From Desulfohalobiaceae bacterium (GTDB lineage Bacteria > Desulfobacterota > Desulfovibrionia > Desulfovibrionales > Desulfothermaceae), in contig JBKGXZ010000001.1 of NCBI GenBank assembly GCA_046546355.1, positions 46,787 to 110,786 of the forward strand: 64,000 nucleotides of DNA. Reading direction: 5' to 3'. The first letter of the stretch is position 1; the number at the start of each line of letters is the position of its first letter. The translations under genes were made by a program, and so were the position numbers. Below the pieces are notes generated by a model that worked only from the letters and a program-made list of their open reading frames with translations, made no database searches and was not told where the DNA came from. Positions 9,201 through 18,122 of this stretch are shown in pieces.

Positions 9201-9747
9201 GAGTCTTGACCCTTTCCATGGGACTGATGATGTCTGTGAGACGAACACCGAACTTTTCGTTGATGACCACTGCCTCGCCGCGGGCCACCAGCTTGCCGTT
9301 GACGAGGACCTCCAATGGTTCACCAGCCAGCTTGTCCAACTCTATGACAGAGCCCTGGCCTAGCTGGAGGAGATCGTTTATGAGCAGCTTGCTCCTGCCC
9401 AACTCAGCAGAGACGTGCAAAGGAATGTCCAGGATGAACTCCATGTCCCTCTTGCCTTTCTGACTGGTTTGCTGGCTGCTGCTGTCCAGCTCTTGGAACT
9501 GGTAATCCTGGACAGGGCCTGGCCTGGACTTTTGCTCTTGCTTCTCCTGCTGCAGACGCTCCTCCTCTTGTTCGGCAAAGGCCTTGGCCCATTCCTTCTC
9601 CAGGTCGTCCTGGGGGTCTGCCTGGGCGTCTTCCTGACTGTCCTGTCCTTCCTGGCTGTCCTGGCCTTCCTGTTCAGCCAGGGCTGCGGCCCATTCCTCA
9701 GCCAGCTTATCCTGATCCACTTTTTCCTGGTTCTTTTCCTTGGCCAT
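9193..9747 (-). CDS. fliN: flagellar motor switch protein FliN
   Basis: C-terminal SpoA domain (DIPLHVSAELGRSKLLINDLLQLGQGSVIELDKLAGEPLEVLVNGKLVARGEAVVINEKFGVRLTDI). Acidic N-terminal region with the (E/D)W-A-x-A-x-A-EQ motif. Confidence 0.85.
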   Translation of the reverse strand: MAKEKNQEKVDQDKLAEEWAAALAEQEGQDSQEGQDSQEDAQADPQDDLEKEWAKAFAEQEEERLQQEKQEQKSRPGPVQDYQFQELDSSSQQTSQKGKRDMEFILDIPLHVSAELGRSKLLINDLLQLGQGSVIELDKLAGEPLEVLVNGKLVARGEAVVINEKFGVRLTDIISPMERVKTLG

Positions 9748-9815
9748 ATATTGTCCTTTCCCGAGTTTTTTGTCAGTTTGCCAGCCTGTTAGCGCTGCTA
9801 TGCTAATAAAAGGGT

Positions 9816-10802
9816 TTAGGACTCCCCGTCCTCGGAGATTTCCCTGGTGATCACAAAGGCCTTGTTGCCCTTGTGCTGGCGGGGCTGGCCGTAGAATTTG
9901 GGGATGTTTTCCACATCAGCCCTCAGCTCCTCATTTTGGTCCGTATCCAGCAAGATTGTATCCCCGACCTCCAGGTTGAGCAACTGCCTGGGGGTCAGCT
10001 GGGTGGAGCCCAGACTGACCACCATCTCCAAAGGGGTCTCCAAGAGCCTGTCCTTGAGCCTGGAGAGCCAGGCCTGGTCAATCTCCAGGCGCTCGGACTG
10101 ATAGGAGGCGTAAAGCTTGGAGCGGATGGGCTCAATAGTGGCGTAAGGCAGGGCAATGAGCAGATTGCCAATGGCATTCTCCAGCTCCACCTCAAAAGAG
10201 ACCACCACCACTACGTCGCTGGGGGGTATGACTGAAGCGAACTGGGGATTTATCTCCGAGCGCTGGAACTCGATCTGTACGTCGTGCACCGGTTCCCAGG
10301 CTGTCTCCAGCTCTGACAAGGCAGTCAGGACCACCTTCTTGATAATGGTCTGTTCTATAGGGGTGAAGTCCCTGCCCTCTACCTTGGGCTGACTGCCGGC
10401 CCCGCCGAAGAAATTCTCCACAAAGGCAAACACCAGCCTGGTATCAATGATAAGCAGGGCGTTGCCCCGCAGGGGGTGCATCTTGAACAGGTTGATGCTG
10501 GTGGGCACGGGCAGGGAGCGCATGAATTCTCCGAACTTGGTCATGTCCACCGAAGAGGGATTCACCTCTAAGCGCTTGCGGATCAAGGTGGCCAGATTGC
10601 CTGAGAGCTGTCTGGCGAAGCGATCGTTAATGATCTCCAGCACAGGCATCCTGCCCCGGATGATCCGATCCTGATTGGCCAGATCAAAGGAAATGACCCC
10701 GGAGTCGTCCTGTTCTTCTGCCTCGGACTCGGCTTCTATCTCCTCGCCCTGCAACCCCCTTAGCAGGGCGTCCACCTCGTCCTGGTTGAGTATTTTATTC
10801 AT
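9816..10802 (-). CDS. fliM: flagellar motor switch protein FliM
   Basis: N-terminal CheY-P-binding-type motif LNQDEVDALL, the FliM middle domain and a C-terminal SpoA-like segment. Confidence 0.9.
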   Translation of the reverse strand: MNKILNQDEVDALLRGLQGEEIEAESEAEEQDDSGVISFDLANQDRIIRGRMPVLEIINDRFARQLSGNLATLIRKRLEVNPSSVDMTKFGEFMRSLPVPTSINLFKMHPLRGNALLIIDTRLVFAFVENFFGGAGSQPKVEGRDFTPIEQTIIKKVVLTALSELETAWEPVHDVQIEFQRSEINPQFASVIPPSDVVVVVSFEVELENAIGNLLIALPYATIEPIRSKLYASYQSERLEIDQAWLSRLKDRLLETPLEMVVSLGSTQLTPRQLLNLEVGDTILLDTDQNEELRADVENIPKFYGQPRQHKGNKAFVITREISEDGES

Positions 10803-10846
10803 AACCGCAAAATCCTGATCAATTGCTTGGACCTTCCAGGCCGAGC

Positions 10847-11377
10847 TTACTGGATGACAAACTCTGTGAAATAGATCTCCTGGACCACCGACTTGCCGAG
10901 GATTTGATTCACACGTTCCACGATCTCCCCTTTCAGGGCCATCTTGTTCTCCATGCTGGAGATCTGATCAAAGCTCTTGCTGGACAAGAGCATGATCAGG
11001 GCATCCTTGATCCTGGGCATGTTGTCCTGGATGCTGCTTTCTGCTTTCTTGTCCTCCACCTCCAGGTCTATGCTGACCTTGATGAACCTTTTACCCATGG
11101 GGTCTGCCAGATTGACCAGCAAAGTGGGCAGGGAAACCAATTCAGTGTTTTCCGAGCTCTTCTTTCCCTGTTCTTCCTGGTCCTTATTTTCTGCGCTTGA
11201 TTCCTCCTGCTCTGGGGCCAGGAATTGCTGGTAGCCCCAAAAGCCCAGGCCTCCAGCAGCAGCCAGAAACATAAGTCCGAGCAAAGACAGCAAGAGCAGT
11301 TTGCGCTTGCTGCGCTTTTTGCCCTGGTTTGCGTTTGCCTGTTCGGCCTGTTCTTTTTTTTCTTTGGTTTTGGCCAA
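10847..11377 (-). CDS. fliL: flagellar basal body-associated protein FliL
   Basis: Lys-rich N-terminus, one TM helix and a FliL-type C-terminal domain (LVNLADPMGKRFIKVSIDLEV). TTG start preceded by AAGGAG with a 7-nt spacer. Confidence 0.75.
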   Translation of the reverse strand: MAKTKEKKEQAEQANANQGKKRSKRKLLLLSLLGLMFLAAAGGLGFWGYQQFLAPEQEESSAENKDQEEQGKKSSENTELVSLPTLLVNLADPMGKRFIKVSIDLEVEDKKAESSIQDNMPRIKDALIMLLSSKSFDQISSMENKMALKGEIVERVNQILGKSVVQEIYFTEFVIQ

Positions 11378-11492
11378 ATGAATTCTCCTTGTTTAAATTA
11401 CTTGGAATAATCAAAGGGTTACTTGTTGTGGTTTTTATGTCAACCTGCTGTCTTGCGCAGGAGGTAGCTGCCAATTTGCCGCTAGCCTGGGG

Positions 11493-12233
11493 CTAAAGAT
11501 AGGTCTGTACATGGGGCTTGGTCTTGAGCAGTATCTCCACCCTGCGGTTCTTCTGCCTGCCCTCCGGGTTCTGGTTGCTGGCTATAGGGCGGTCTGGCCC
11601 GTAGCCGGATATTGAGAATCTGTCCGGGTTTATGCCCTGGCCTAAAAAAACTTCCAGCACCGACATAGCCCTTCTGGATGAAAGACGGTAATTATTCACT
11701 CCCGGGGCTGTGGTGTCGTCAGTGTGTCCGGATATGTTCACCGGTGCGGAAGTGCTCAGGATAACTCTGCCTAGCCTGTCCAGTATCTCCAGGCCGGATT
11801 CCTGGAGCTGGCTAGAGCCTGGCTTAAACAGGATCTGGTCGTTGAGCACCAGGGCTACTCCTTCAGGTCGCTCCAGGATCTCCAGGTTCTCCTCGAGTGT
11901 ACTACGCAACATTTCCTGGGGCAAGGCTTCCTCAGGGAAAAGCAGGTCCTTGATCCTGTCTTGCTTCTGCAGGGCTTCCCAGGGATTCTCCAGCATTTCC
12001 GTGACCAGCTCAATACTCGTTTCTGCCCGGGCAGAATCCTTGGACTGCAGAAAATCCACCCTGGCCTGGAAGTCAGTAAAGGCCACAGTTATAACCTTAA
12101 TATCCAGGGTGGACATACTGAGCAGGAGCACGAAAAAGGTCAAAAGCAAAGTGACCAGATCGGAAAATGTGACCAGCCAGGCATCACCTGCCCCTGCCTT
12201 TTTTGCCTTGCGTTTGCTGTCTTGCCTGGCCAT
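11493..12233 (-). CDS. motB: flagellar stator protein MotB (OmpA-like C-terminal domain)
   Basis: Channel helix with the conserved Asp (AWLVTFSDLVTLLLTFFVLLLSM). Canonical OmpA-like peptidoglycan-binding motifs (GHTDD...NNYRLSSRRAMSV...NRRVEILL). Confidence 0.85.
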   Translation of the reverse strand: MARQDSKRKAKKAGAGDAWLVTFSDLVTLLLTFFVLLLSMSTLDIKVITVAFTDFQARVDFLQSKDSARAETSIELVTEMLENPWEALQKQDRIKDLLFPEEALPQEMLRSTLEENLEILERPEGVALVLNDQILFKPGSSQLQESGLEILDRLGRVILSTSAPVNISGHTDDTTAPGVNNYRLSSRRAMSVLEVFLGQGINPDRFSISGYGPDRPIASNQNPEGRQKNRRVEILLKTKPHVQTYL

Positions 12234-12275
12234 GGGTGCTAGCTGCCTTGGTCCCGGGCTGCAATTCCCGAGCTT

Positions 12276-13106
12276 TTAGGGCTGATCCAGATCAAAGCGA
12301 AAGCCCTGGTAGTCAAAGGACTCCCTTTGCTCCTGGAAAAATTCCGGGGGCTTGCGCAGCTTGTTGGGCAGATGGTCTATGTAGTTGCGCTTATCCAGAA
12401 TGATATCCACCCGGCGGTTCTTCTCCCGGCCCTTGCGGGACTGGTTGCTGAACTTGGGGCTGTATTTGCCATGGGCCTCCATTTGCAGTTTTTCAGGCTC
12501 CAGGCCCTGCTGCAGGAAAAAACGGTATACACGCTGCACGCGCTGCAAGGAAAGATCCCAGGAAGGGTCTTCCTGCCTGGCAAAGTCCTGGTACAGGTAG
12601 TCTATATCCAGCTCGTCCGCCAAAAGCGACGTGTGTCCGGACAAAAGCACCGGGAAGGGAAGATTCTGGAGATCAGGCGCGATATCAGCCAGCAGATCCC
12701 GGCCCTGGGGCTTGAGCTGGGCGCTGCCCGGAGAGAAGAGCAGGGCGGAATTGATGCTCAGGATCTGTACAAAGGCGTTGGAATTGAACTCCAGATCCTG
12801 GCCGTGCTCCTCCCAGAGCAGATTTTTCAAGCTGGACAGGTCTTCAGGATCCATATCCTGCATGGCGCCTGGCTCCAGGAGCATGTCGCTGGACTCCTGG
12901 CCCAGGACGCTCATGGTCTCCTGCCCCACGCCGAAGGTCCTGCTGATGGAGCCCAGGACCAGGACTTCCTTGCGCTCATCCTTGAGGGAGGCCATGCTCA
13001 GCAGCAGCACAAAAAAGGTCAAAAGCAGAGTCATCATGTCCGAAAAGGTGATGAGCCAGGCAGGTTGTCCACCTTGCTTTTTGTCCTTTTTTTTCTTTCT
13101 GGCCAT
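12276..13106 (-). CDS. second MotB-like stator protein (divergent OmpA-like domain)
   Basis: ORF 12276..13166, with the start set at ATG 13106 (MARKKKKDKK...). Channel helix AWLITFSDMMTLLLTFFVLLLSM is nearly identical to that of the downstream MotB. The C-terminal domain retains GHTS...LSLQRVQRV...NRRVDIIL but carries an insertion. Confidence 0.75.
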   Translation of the reverse strand: MARKKKKDKKQGGQPAWLITFSDMMTLLLTFFVLLLSMASLKDERKEVLVLGSISRTFGVGQETMSVLGQESSDMLLEPGAMQDMDPEDLSSLKNLLWEEHGQDLEFNSNAFVQILSINSALLFSPGSAQLKPQGRDLLADIAPDLQNLPFPVLLSGHTSLLADELDIDYLYQDFARQEDPSWDLSLQRVQRVYRFFLQQGLEPEKLQMEAHGKYSPKFSNQSRKGREKNRRVDIILDKRNYIDHLPNKLRKPPEFFQEQRESFDYQGFRFDLDQP

Positions 13107-13232
13107 AACTCTTGAGAACCCTGTTTTTGAGCACTGATGCAGGCAAAAAGGCTCGTGCCCTGTCAAAAATGCCGGGGAGGGCGGGCATGAAATATATTTT
13201 TTTGCTTGTGAGCTATGAAAGCTGACAGCACA

Positions 13233-13994
13233 CTAGTCTTTCTCCTTGCGCTGCTTGGGCGGCAGGTAACTGTTTAGTTTTTCCTCAATTATTCTAGGGT
13301 TTTCTCCCCTGGAAATGGATAGTATGCCTTCCAGCATGATCTCCCTGACCATGATTTCTTCCTTGCTCCTGGCTCTTAGTTTTCCGGCCATGGGATTGAA
13401 GACCAGATTGGCCAGCAGGGCTCCATAAAAGGTGGTCAGCAGGGCCACAGCCATGGCCGGACCAATGGTGCTGGGGTCCTCCATGGTCTCCAGCATGCGG
13501 ATCAGGCCGATGACCGTGCCGATCATGCCCATAGCAGGAGCATAGCCGCCCATGGCGCCCATGATATCCGCGCCCAGATCGTGCCGCTCCTCCAGGTAGT
13601 TGATCTCCTTCTCCATGATCTCCTGGATGGCCTCGGGCTCCAGGCCGTCCACAGTAAGCTGCAGGCCTTTTCGAAGGTAAAGGTCGTCCACCTCCTTTAA
13701 GGCTGGCTCCAGGGCCAAGATGCCTTCCCTGCGGGCCTTGTGCGCGAACTGTAGGAACTGCTCGATAATCTGAGCTGGCTCCTGGGCCTTATAGAAGAAG
13801 GTGTTTTTGATCACTCCCAGTACGCCCAGGAAATTCTTCAAGGGATAGTTGACCAGGGTGGCTCCTATAGTGCCTCCTAGCACAATCAGGGCGGAGGGCA
13901 GGGAGAGATACACCAAAACTGCACCGCCCATGAGTATGGCAGCGATAACCAGGCCGAAGGACAGCAGTATGCCTATAATTGTGGCTAGATCCAT
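13233..13994 (-). CDS. motA: flagellar stator protein MotA
   Basis: Four-TM MotA/TolQ/ExbB-type protein with typical N-terminus MDLATIIGILLSFGLVI and C-terminal channel helices (AMAVALLTTFYGALLANLVFNP). Confidence 0.9.
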   Translation of the reverse strand: MDLATIIGILLSFGLVIAAILMGGAVLVYLSLPSALIVLGGTIGATLVNYPLKNFLGVLGVIKNTFFYKAQEPAQIIEQFLQFAHKARREGILALEPALKEVDDLYLRKGLQLTVDGLEPEAIQEIMEKEINYLEERHDLGADIMGAMGGYAPAMGMIGTVIGLIRMLETMEDPSTIGPAMAVALLTTFYGALLANLVFNPMAGKLRARSKEEIMVREIMLEGILSISRGENPRIIEEKLNSYLPPKQRKEKD

Positions 13995-14006
13995 AGTCCG
14001 CGAACT

Positions 14007-14708
14007 CTAGCAGCCCCAGTTCCTGGGGCCGAATATCTGGGTTCCTATTCTGATCAAGGTGGCTCCCTCCTGGATTGCCTGGGGGTAGTCGTTGCTCATG
14101 CCCATGGAAAGGTGGGGCAAAGCTGTCTCCAGGTCTGCTTCCAGGTTCTGCTTCAAGCGGCGTAGCTCAGCAAAGTCTTCTCTGGCCTGCTCCGGATCCT
14201 CATAAAAAGGGGGCATGCACATCAGACCCTGCAGGCTGAGGCTGGACAGCCCCTGCAGGGCCTGGGCGAATTCCAAAAGCTGCCCAGGCTCCACCCCAGC
14301 CTTAGTCTTATCGGACACCACATTGACCTGGATTAGGATATCCTGCTTAATTTTCAAGGCCTGACACCTTTCGTGCAGGACCTGGGCTACCTTGAGCCTG
14401 TCCAGGGAGTGGATCAGGGCGAAGCTGCCAGCCAGGTATTTGGCCTTGTTGCTCTGCAGCCTGCCTATGAAATGCCACCTCAGGCCAGGCTCCTGGACAA
14501 ATTGCATCTTCTCCAGGGCCTCCTGGGCATAGCTCTCCCCGAAATCCAGCTGGCCCTGCCTGGCCAGGGCCTGCACGCTGTGCCCTGGATGGCCCTTAGA
14601 GACAGCCAGCAGCTGTACCTGCTGCGGATCCCGGCCTGCGCTGCTGGCGATGTCCTGGATGTTTTGCTTTATCTCCTGCCAACTAAGAATCAGCTTGGAA
14701 TCAGTCAT
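14007..14708 (-). CDS. yggS: YggS-family pyridoxal phosphate homeostasis protein
   Basis: Motifs LLAVSK (PLP lysine), WHFIGRLQSNK and SMGMSNDY. The ORF track starts at GTG 14747, but ATG 14708 gives an N-terminal length typical of the family. Confidence 0.85.
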   Translation of the reverse strand: MTDSKLILSWQEIKQNIQDIASSAGRDPQQVQLLAVSKGHPGHSVQALARQGQLDFGESYAQEALEKMQFVQEPGLRWHFIGRLQSNKAKYLAGSFALIHSLDRLKVAQVLHERCQALKIKQDILIQVNVVSDKTKAGVEPGQLLEFAQALQGLSSLSLQGLMCMPPFYEDPEQAREDFAELRRLKQNLEADLETALPHLSMGMSNDYPQAIQEGATLIRIGTQIFGPRNWGC

Positions 14709-14753
14709 GACAGACTCGCTTTTGCTTTGCAGCAGATTTGGGATCACGCTGGG

Positions 14754-15680
14754 CTAGAGCCAGGGGATCAGTTCCTGCAGGGCTCTCTGGTTCCTGGTCC
14801 AGTCCTGCCTGACCTTGACCCAGAGCTCCAGATGTACCTGCAGACCAAGGGTATCTTCCAGCGCCAGCCTGGCTTCCTGGCCCACCTGTTTGAGCATTCT
14901 GCCCTTTTTGCCTATCAGCATAGGCTTATGGGCAGTCCTAGCCACGTAGATGACAGCCTGGATCCTGACCAGGCCGCTGGCTTCATCCTCCTGCCAGCCC
15001 TCAATCTGTACTGCCAGGGAATAGGGCAGCTCCTGCTGCAGTCGCAAGAACAACTTTTCCCGGATAACCTCCGAGGCCAGAAATCGCAGGGGCAGTGTAG
15101 AGAGCTGGTCCTCAGGATACAGGGCCGGGCCTGGGGGCAGACGCTGCAGGATATATTCTAAAATTTCCCGGGTGCCCTGTTGCTGCAGGGCGCTGGCCGG
15201 GAAGGCCTCTGCCCCTGGCCAGGCCTGGCCCAGAAAGTCTATAACAGGCAGCAGCTGTTTCTTGTCCCCAAGTTGATCCACCTTGTTCAGGACTACGGCC
15301 AGCTGGTCCTGCTGCAGATACCAGCTGCCCTTGAGTTGTTCCAGGTCCTGCTGCAGCTTTTGGTTGTGGATGCAGCGCCTGGAATCCAGAACCAGGAGCA
15401 CCAGGTCCGCCTCTGCCAGAGCCTGCCAGGCGCTTTGCACCAGGTGCCTGTTCATGGCCTGCAGGCTCTGGTGCAGCCCAGGGGTGTCCAGGAACACCAC
15501 CTGGGCCTGGTCCAGGCTCAGGATGCCGCTGATGCGGTTTCTTGTGGTCTGGGGCTTGGGGGTGACAATGGCCAGCTTTTGGCCCAGAAAAGAATTGAGC
15601 AAAGTGGATTTGCCTGCGTTGGGCGGACCTATGATGGCCACTATTCCGAACTTGGGGCTTTGTATATCTGCCTGTGGCAT
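14754..15680 (-). CDS. era: GTPase Era
   Basis: G motifs GPPNAGKST, DTPG and NKVD plus a C-terminal KH domain. ORF-track residues 1-97 look like spurious extension, so the start is set at ATG 15680 (MPQADIQSPKFGIVAIIG). ATG 15731 is an alternative. Confidence 0.9.
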   Translation of the reverse strand: MPQADIQSPKFGIVAIIGPPNAGKSTLLNSFLGQKLAIVTPKPQTTRNRISGILSLDQAQVVFLDTPGLHQSLQAMNRHLVQSAWQALAEADLVLLVLDSRRCIHNQKLQQDLEQLKGSWYLQQDQLAVVLNKVDQLGDKKQLLPVIDFLGQAWPGAEAFPASALQQQGTREILEYILQRLPPGPALYPEDQLSTLPLRFLASEVIREKLFLRLQQELPYSLAVQIEGWQEDEASGLVRIQAVIYVARTAHKPMLIGKKGRMLKQVGQEARLALEDTLGLQVHLELWVKVRQDWTRNQRALQELIPWL

Positions 15681-15872
15681 GTTCCCTGCGCTGATACTTG
15701 CCGCTGATTTGTCAAAAATTTCCTTGCACATTTGTGCCAGGCTGGTTAACGTCCATCCCTGTTTAAGCTCGTTAGTTGTGTGCAGCTGAATGCTGTGCTT
15801 GTGTAAGACATCCGCCCTTTGGGGGATAAACTGCAGGCCTGTGCAGCACAGGTCAAGACAGTCCAAGGTATT

Positions 15873-18119
15873 ATGAACAAGGATTTGATCATTGTCGAGT
15901 CGCCAGCCAAAGTCAAGACCATCAAGAAGTTCCTGGGCCAGCAGTATCTGGTGGAGGCCTCTGTGGGCCATGTCCGGGATCTGCCCACCAAGACCCTGGG
16001 CGTGGACGAGGACAACAGCTTTACTCCGGAGTATCAGGTAGTCTCAGGCAAGAAAAAGGTGGTCCAGCAGCTGCAAAGCGCAGCAGCCAAGGCCGAGAAT
16101 GTCTACTTGGCTCCTGATCCGGATCGGGAGGGGGAAGCTATTGCCTGGCACGTGGCTGAGCTGGTGCAGGAAAAAAACACCAATATCCGCAGGATCCAGT
16201 TCAACGAGATCACTTCCCAGGCAGTGCAGGAAGCCCTGAAAAATCCCAGAGAACTGGATCACAACCTGTTCGCCTCCCAGCAGGCCAGACGGATCCTGGA
16301 CCGCCTGGTGGGCTACAAGATCTCTCCCCTGCTTTGGAGCAAGGTCAAGAGAGGCATTTCAGCAGGCAGGGTGCAGTCCGTGGCCCTGCGGCTGATCGTG
16401 GAAAGGGAGCGTGAGAGGCAGGGCTTCGTGCCCCAGGAATACTGGGTGTTCAGGGCCCAGCTTGAAGGCCAAAAGCCCCCTGCTTTCAGCGCTGAGCTCT
16501 GGAAGGTGCAGAACAAGAAGCCCCAGATAGACAACGAGCAGAAGGCAGTAGAGCTGGAACAGGAACTGCATGGGCAAAATTTTGTGCTGGAGTCTGTGCA
16601 GGAGAAAAAGCGGCAGCGCCAACCCAAACCCCCGTTTATTACCTCCAGCCTGCAGCAGGAGGCCAGCAACAAGCTGGGCTTCTCCGCGAAGAAGACCATG
16701 ACCCTGGCCCAGAAGCTTTACGAGGGCCTGGAGCTGGGAGATCGGGGCACCACGGCCCTGATCACCTACATGCGCACGGATTCGGTGCGCGTGGCCCAGG
16801 AGGCCAGGGAGGCGGCCAAGAACTGGATTCAGGGGAGTCTGGGTGCGGACTACTATCCCCAGAAGCCCAAAGCCTACAAGAGCAAGTCCGGGGCCCAGGA
16901 GGCCCACGAGGCCATTCGGCCGGTGGACGTGTTCCTGACTCCGGATGAGGCTGGCCCCTATTTGAGCCGGGATTTGTTGCGGCTGTACAGGCTGATCTGG
17001 CAGCGCTTTGTGGCCTCCCAGATGGCCCCGGCCCTTTTCTGGGACACGGTGTTCTGGATTCGGGCCGGCAGAACCCTGTGGCGCAGCAGGGGGGAAAGGC
17101 TGATCTTTCCCGGATTCCTCAAAATTTATACCCCTGAGGATGCCCAGAAGGAGACCGAGCTGCCCAAGCTGCAGGAGGGGGAGGAGCTGAAGCTGCATGA
17201 GCTGCAGAAGGAGCAGAAGTTCACCCAGCCCCCGGCCAGGTACACCGAGGCTTCCCTGGTGCGCAGCCTGGAGGAGCAGGGCATAGGCAGGCCCTCCACC
17301 TACGCCCAGATAATCTCCACTCTGCTGGACCGGGAGTACGTGCGGCAGGAAAACCGGCAGTTCGTGCCCTCGGAACTGGGCTTAACCGTCAGCGATCTGC
17401 TTACCGGACATTTCCAGAAGCTGATGGATGTGGGCTTTACTGCAAAGATGGAACAGGACCTGGACCAGGTGGCCCTGGGCAAGCGGGACTGGGTGCATCT
17501 GCTGCAGGAGTTCAGTCAGGAGTTCAACCCCGTGCTGGATAAGGCCAAGAAGGACATGTCCCAGGTCAAGACCGGTCTGGAAAGTGGTCTGGTCTGCCCA
17601 GAGTGCGGCAGGAGCATGCTCATCAAATTCGGCCGCAACGGAGAGTTCCTGGCCTGCAGTGGCTACCCGGAGTGCACTTACACCAGCAATTTCAGCAGGG
17701 ACGAGTCCGGCAGGATCGAAATGGTGGAAAGCCAGCCCAAGGAGCTGCAGAAGATGGGCAGCTGTGAGCAATGCGGCTTTGATCTGGTCCTGAAGCGCTC
17801 CCGCACTGGCAGCAGATTCATTGCCTGCAGCAACTATCCCAAGTGCAAGAACGCCCTGCCCTACAGCACAGGGGTCAAGTGCCCGGTGCAGGATTGTCCA
17901 GGTGAGCTGGTGGAGAAGAGCTCCAAGCGGGGCAAGATATTCTATGCCTGCAGCCAGTATCCGGACTGCACCTATGCGGTCTGGAATTTCCCTGCTGGCG
18001 AGAAGTGCCCTGAGTGCGGGGAGCAGGTGCTGGTGCACAAAAGCAGCAAGACCAGGGGATCTTATCTGGCCTGCCCGGGCAAGGGCTGCAAGTATTGGCG
18101 CAAGCTGGAGGAGGAATAG
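15873..18119 (+). CDS. topA: DNA topoisomerase I
   Basis: TOPRIM N-terminus MNKDLIIVESPAKVKTI, active-site region YMRTDS and four C-terminal Cys4 zinc ribbons. The start is set at ATG 15873. Confidence 0.95.
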   Translation: MNKDLIIVESPAKVKTIKKFLGQQYLVEASVGHVRDLPTKTLGVDEDNSFTPEYQVVSGKKKVVQQLQSAAAKAENVYLAPDPDREGEAIAWHVAELVQEKNTNIRRIQFNEITSQAVQEALKNPRELDHNLFASQQARRILDRLVGYKISPLLWSKVKRGISAGRVQSVALRLIVERERERQGFVPQEYWVFRAQLEGQKPPAFSAELWKVQNKKPQIDNEQKAVELEQELHGQNFVLESVQEKKRQRQPKPPFITSSLQQEASNKLGFSAKKTMTLAQKLYEGLELGDRGTTALITYMRTDSVRVAQEAREAAKNWIQGSLGADYYPQKPKAYKSKSGAQEAHEAIRPVDVFLTPDEAGPYLSRDLLRLYRLIWQRFVASQMAPALFWDTVFWIRAGRTLWRSRGERLIFPGFLKIYTPEDAQKETELPKLQEGEELKLHELQKEQKFTQPPARYTEASLVRSLEEQGIGRPSTYAQIISTLLDREYVRQENRQFVPSELGLTVSDLLTGHFQKLMDVGFTAKMEQDLDQVALGKRDWVHLLQEFSQEFNPVLDKAKKDMSQVKTGLESGLVCPECGRSMLIKFGRNGEFLACSGYPECTYTSNFSRDESGRIEMVESQPKELQKMGSCEQCGFDLVLKRSRTGSRFIACSNYPKCKNALPYSTGVKCPVQDCPGELVEKSSKRGKIFYACSQYPDCTYAVWNFPAGEKCPECGEQVLVHKSSKTRGSYLACPGKGCKYWRKLEEE

Positions 18120-18122
18120 GGC

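Noticed and set aside
11440-11460. TTGGCAG...CCTGC sigma54-like motif, and a TTGACA hexamer, upstream of fliL.
   Set aside because: The spacing is two nucleotides too long for -24/-12, and no acceptable -10 follows the TTGACA at 16-18 nt.
13165-13190. Possible intrinsic terminator between motA and the first motB paralog (ATGCC...GGCAT followed by TTTTT on the minus strand).
   Set aside because: It has only a 5-bp stem with a 10-nt loop, which is too weak to call.
15725-15739. Sigma54-like element TGGCAC-AAATG-TGCA on the minus strand upstream of era.
   Set aside because: The GG-to-GC spacing is one nucleotide shorter than the strict -24/-12 consensus (TGGCAC-N5-TTGC), and the -12 part reads GTGC/TGCA rather than TTGC. 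It probably arose by chance.
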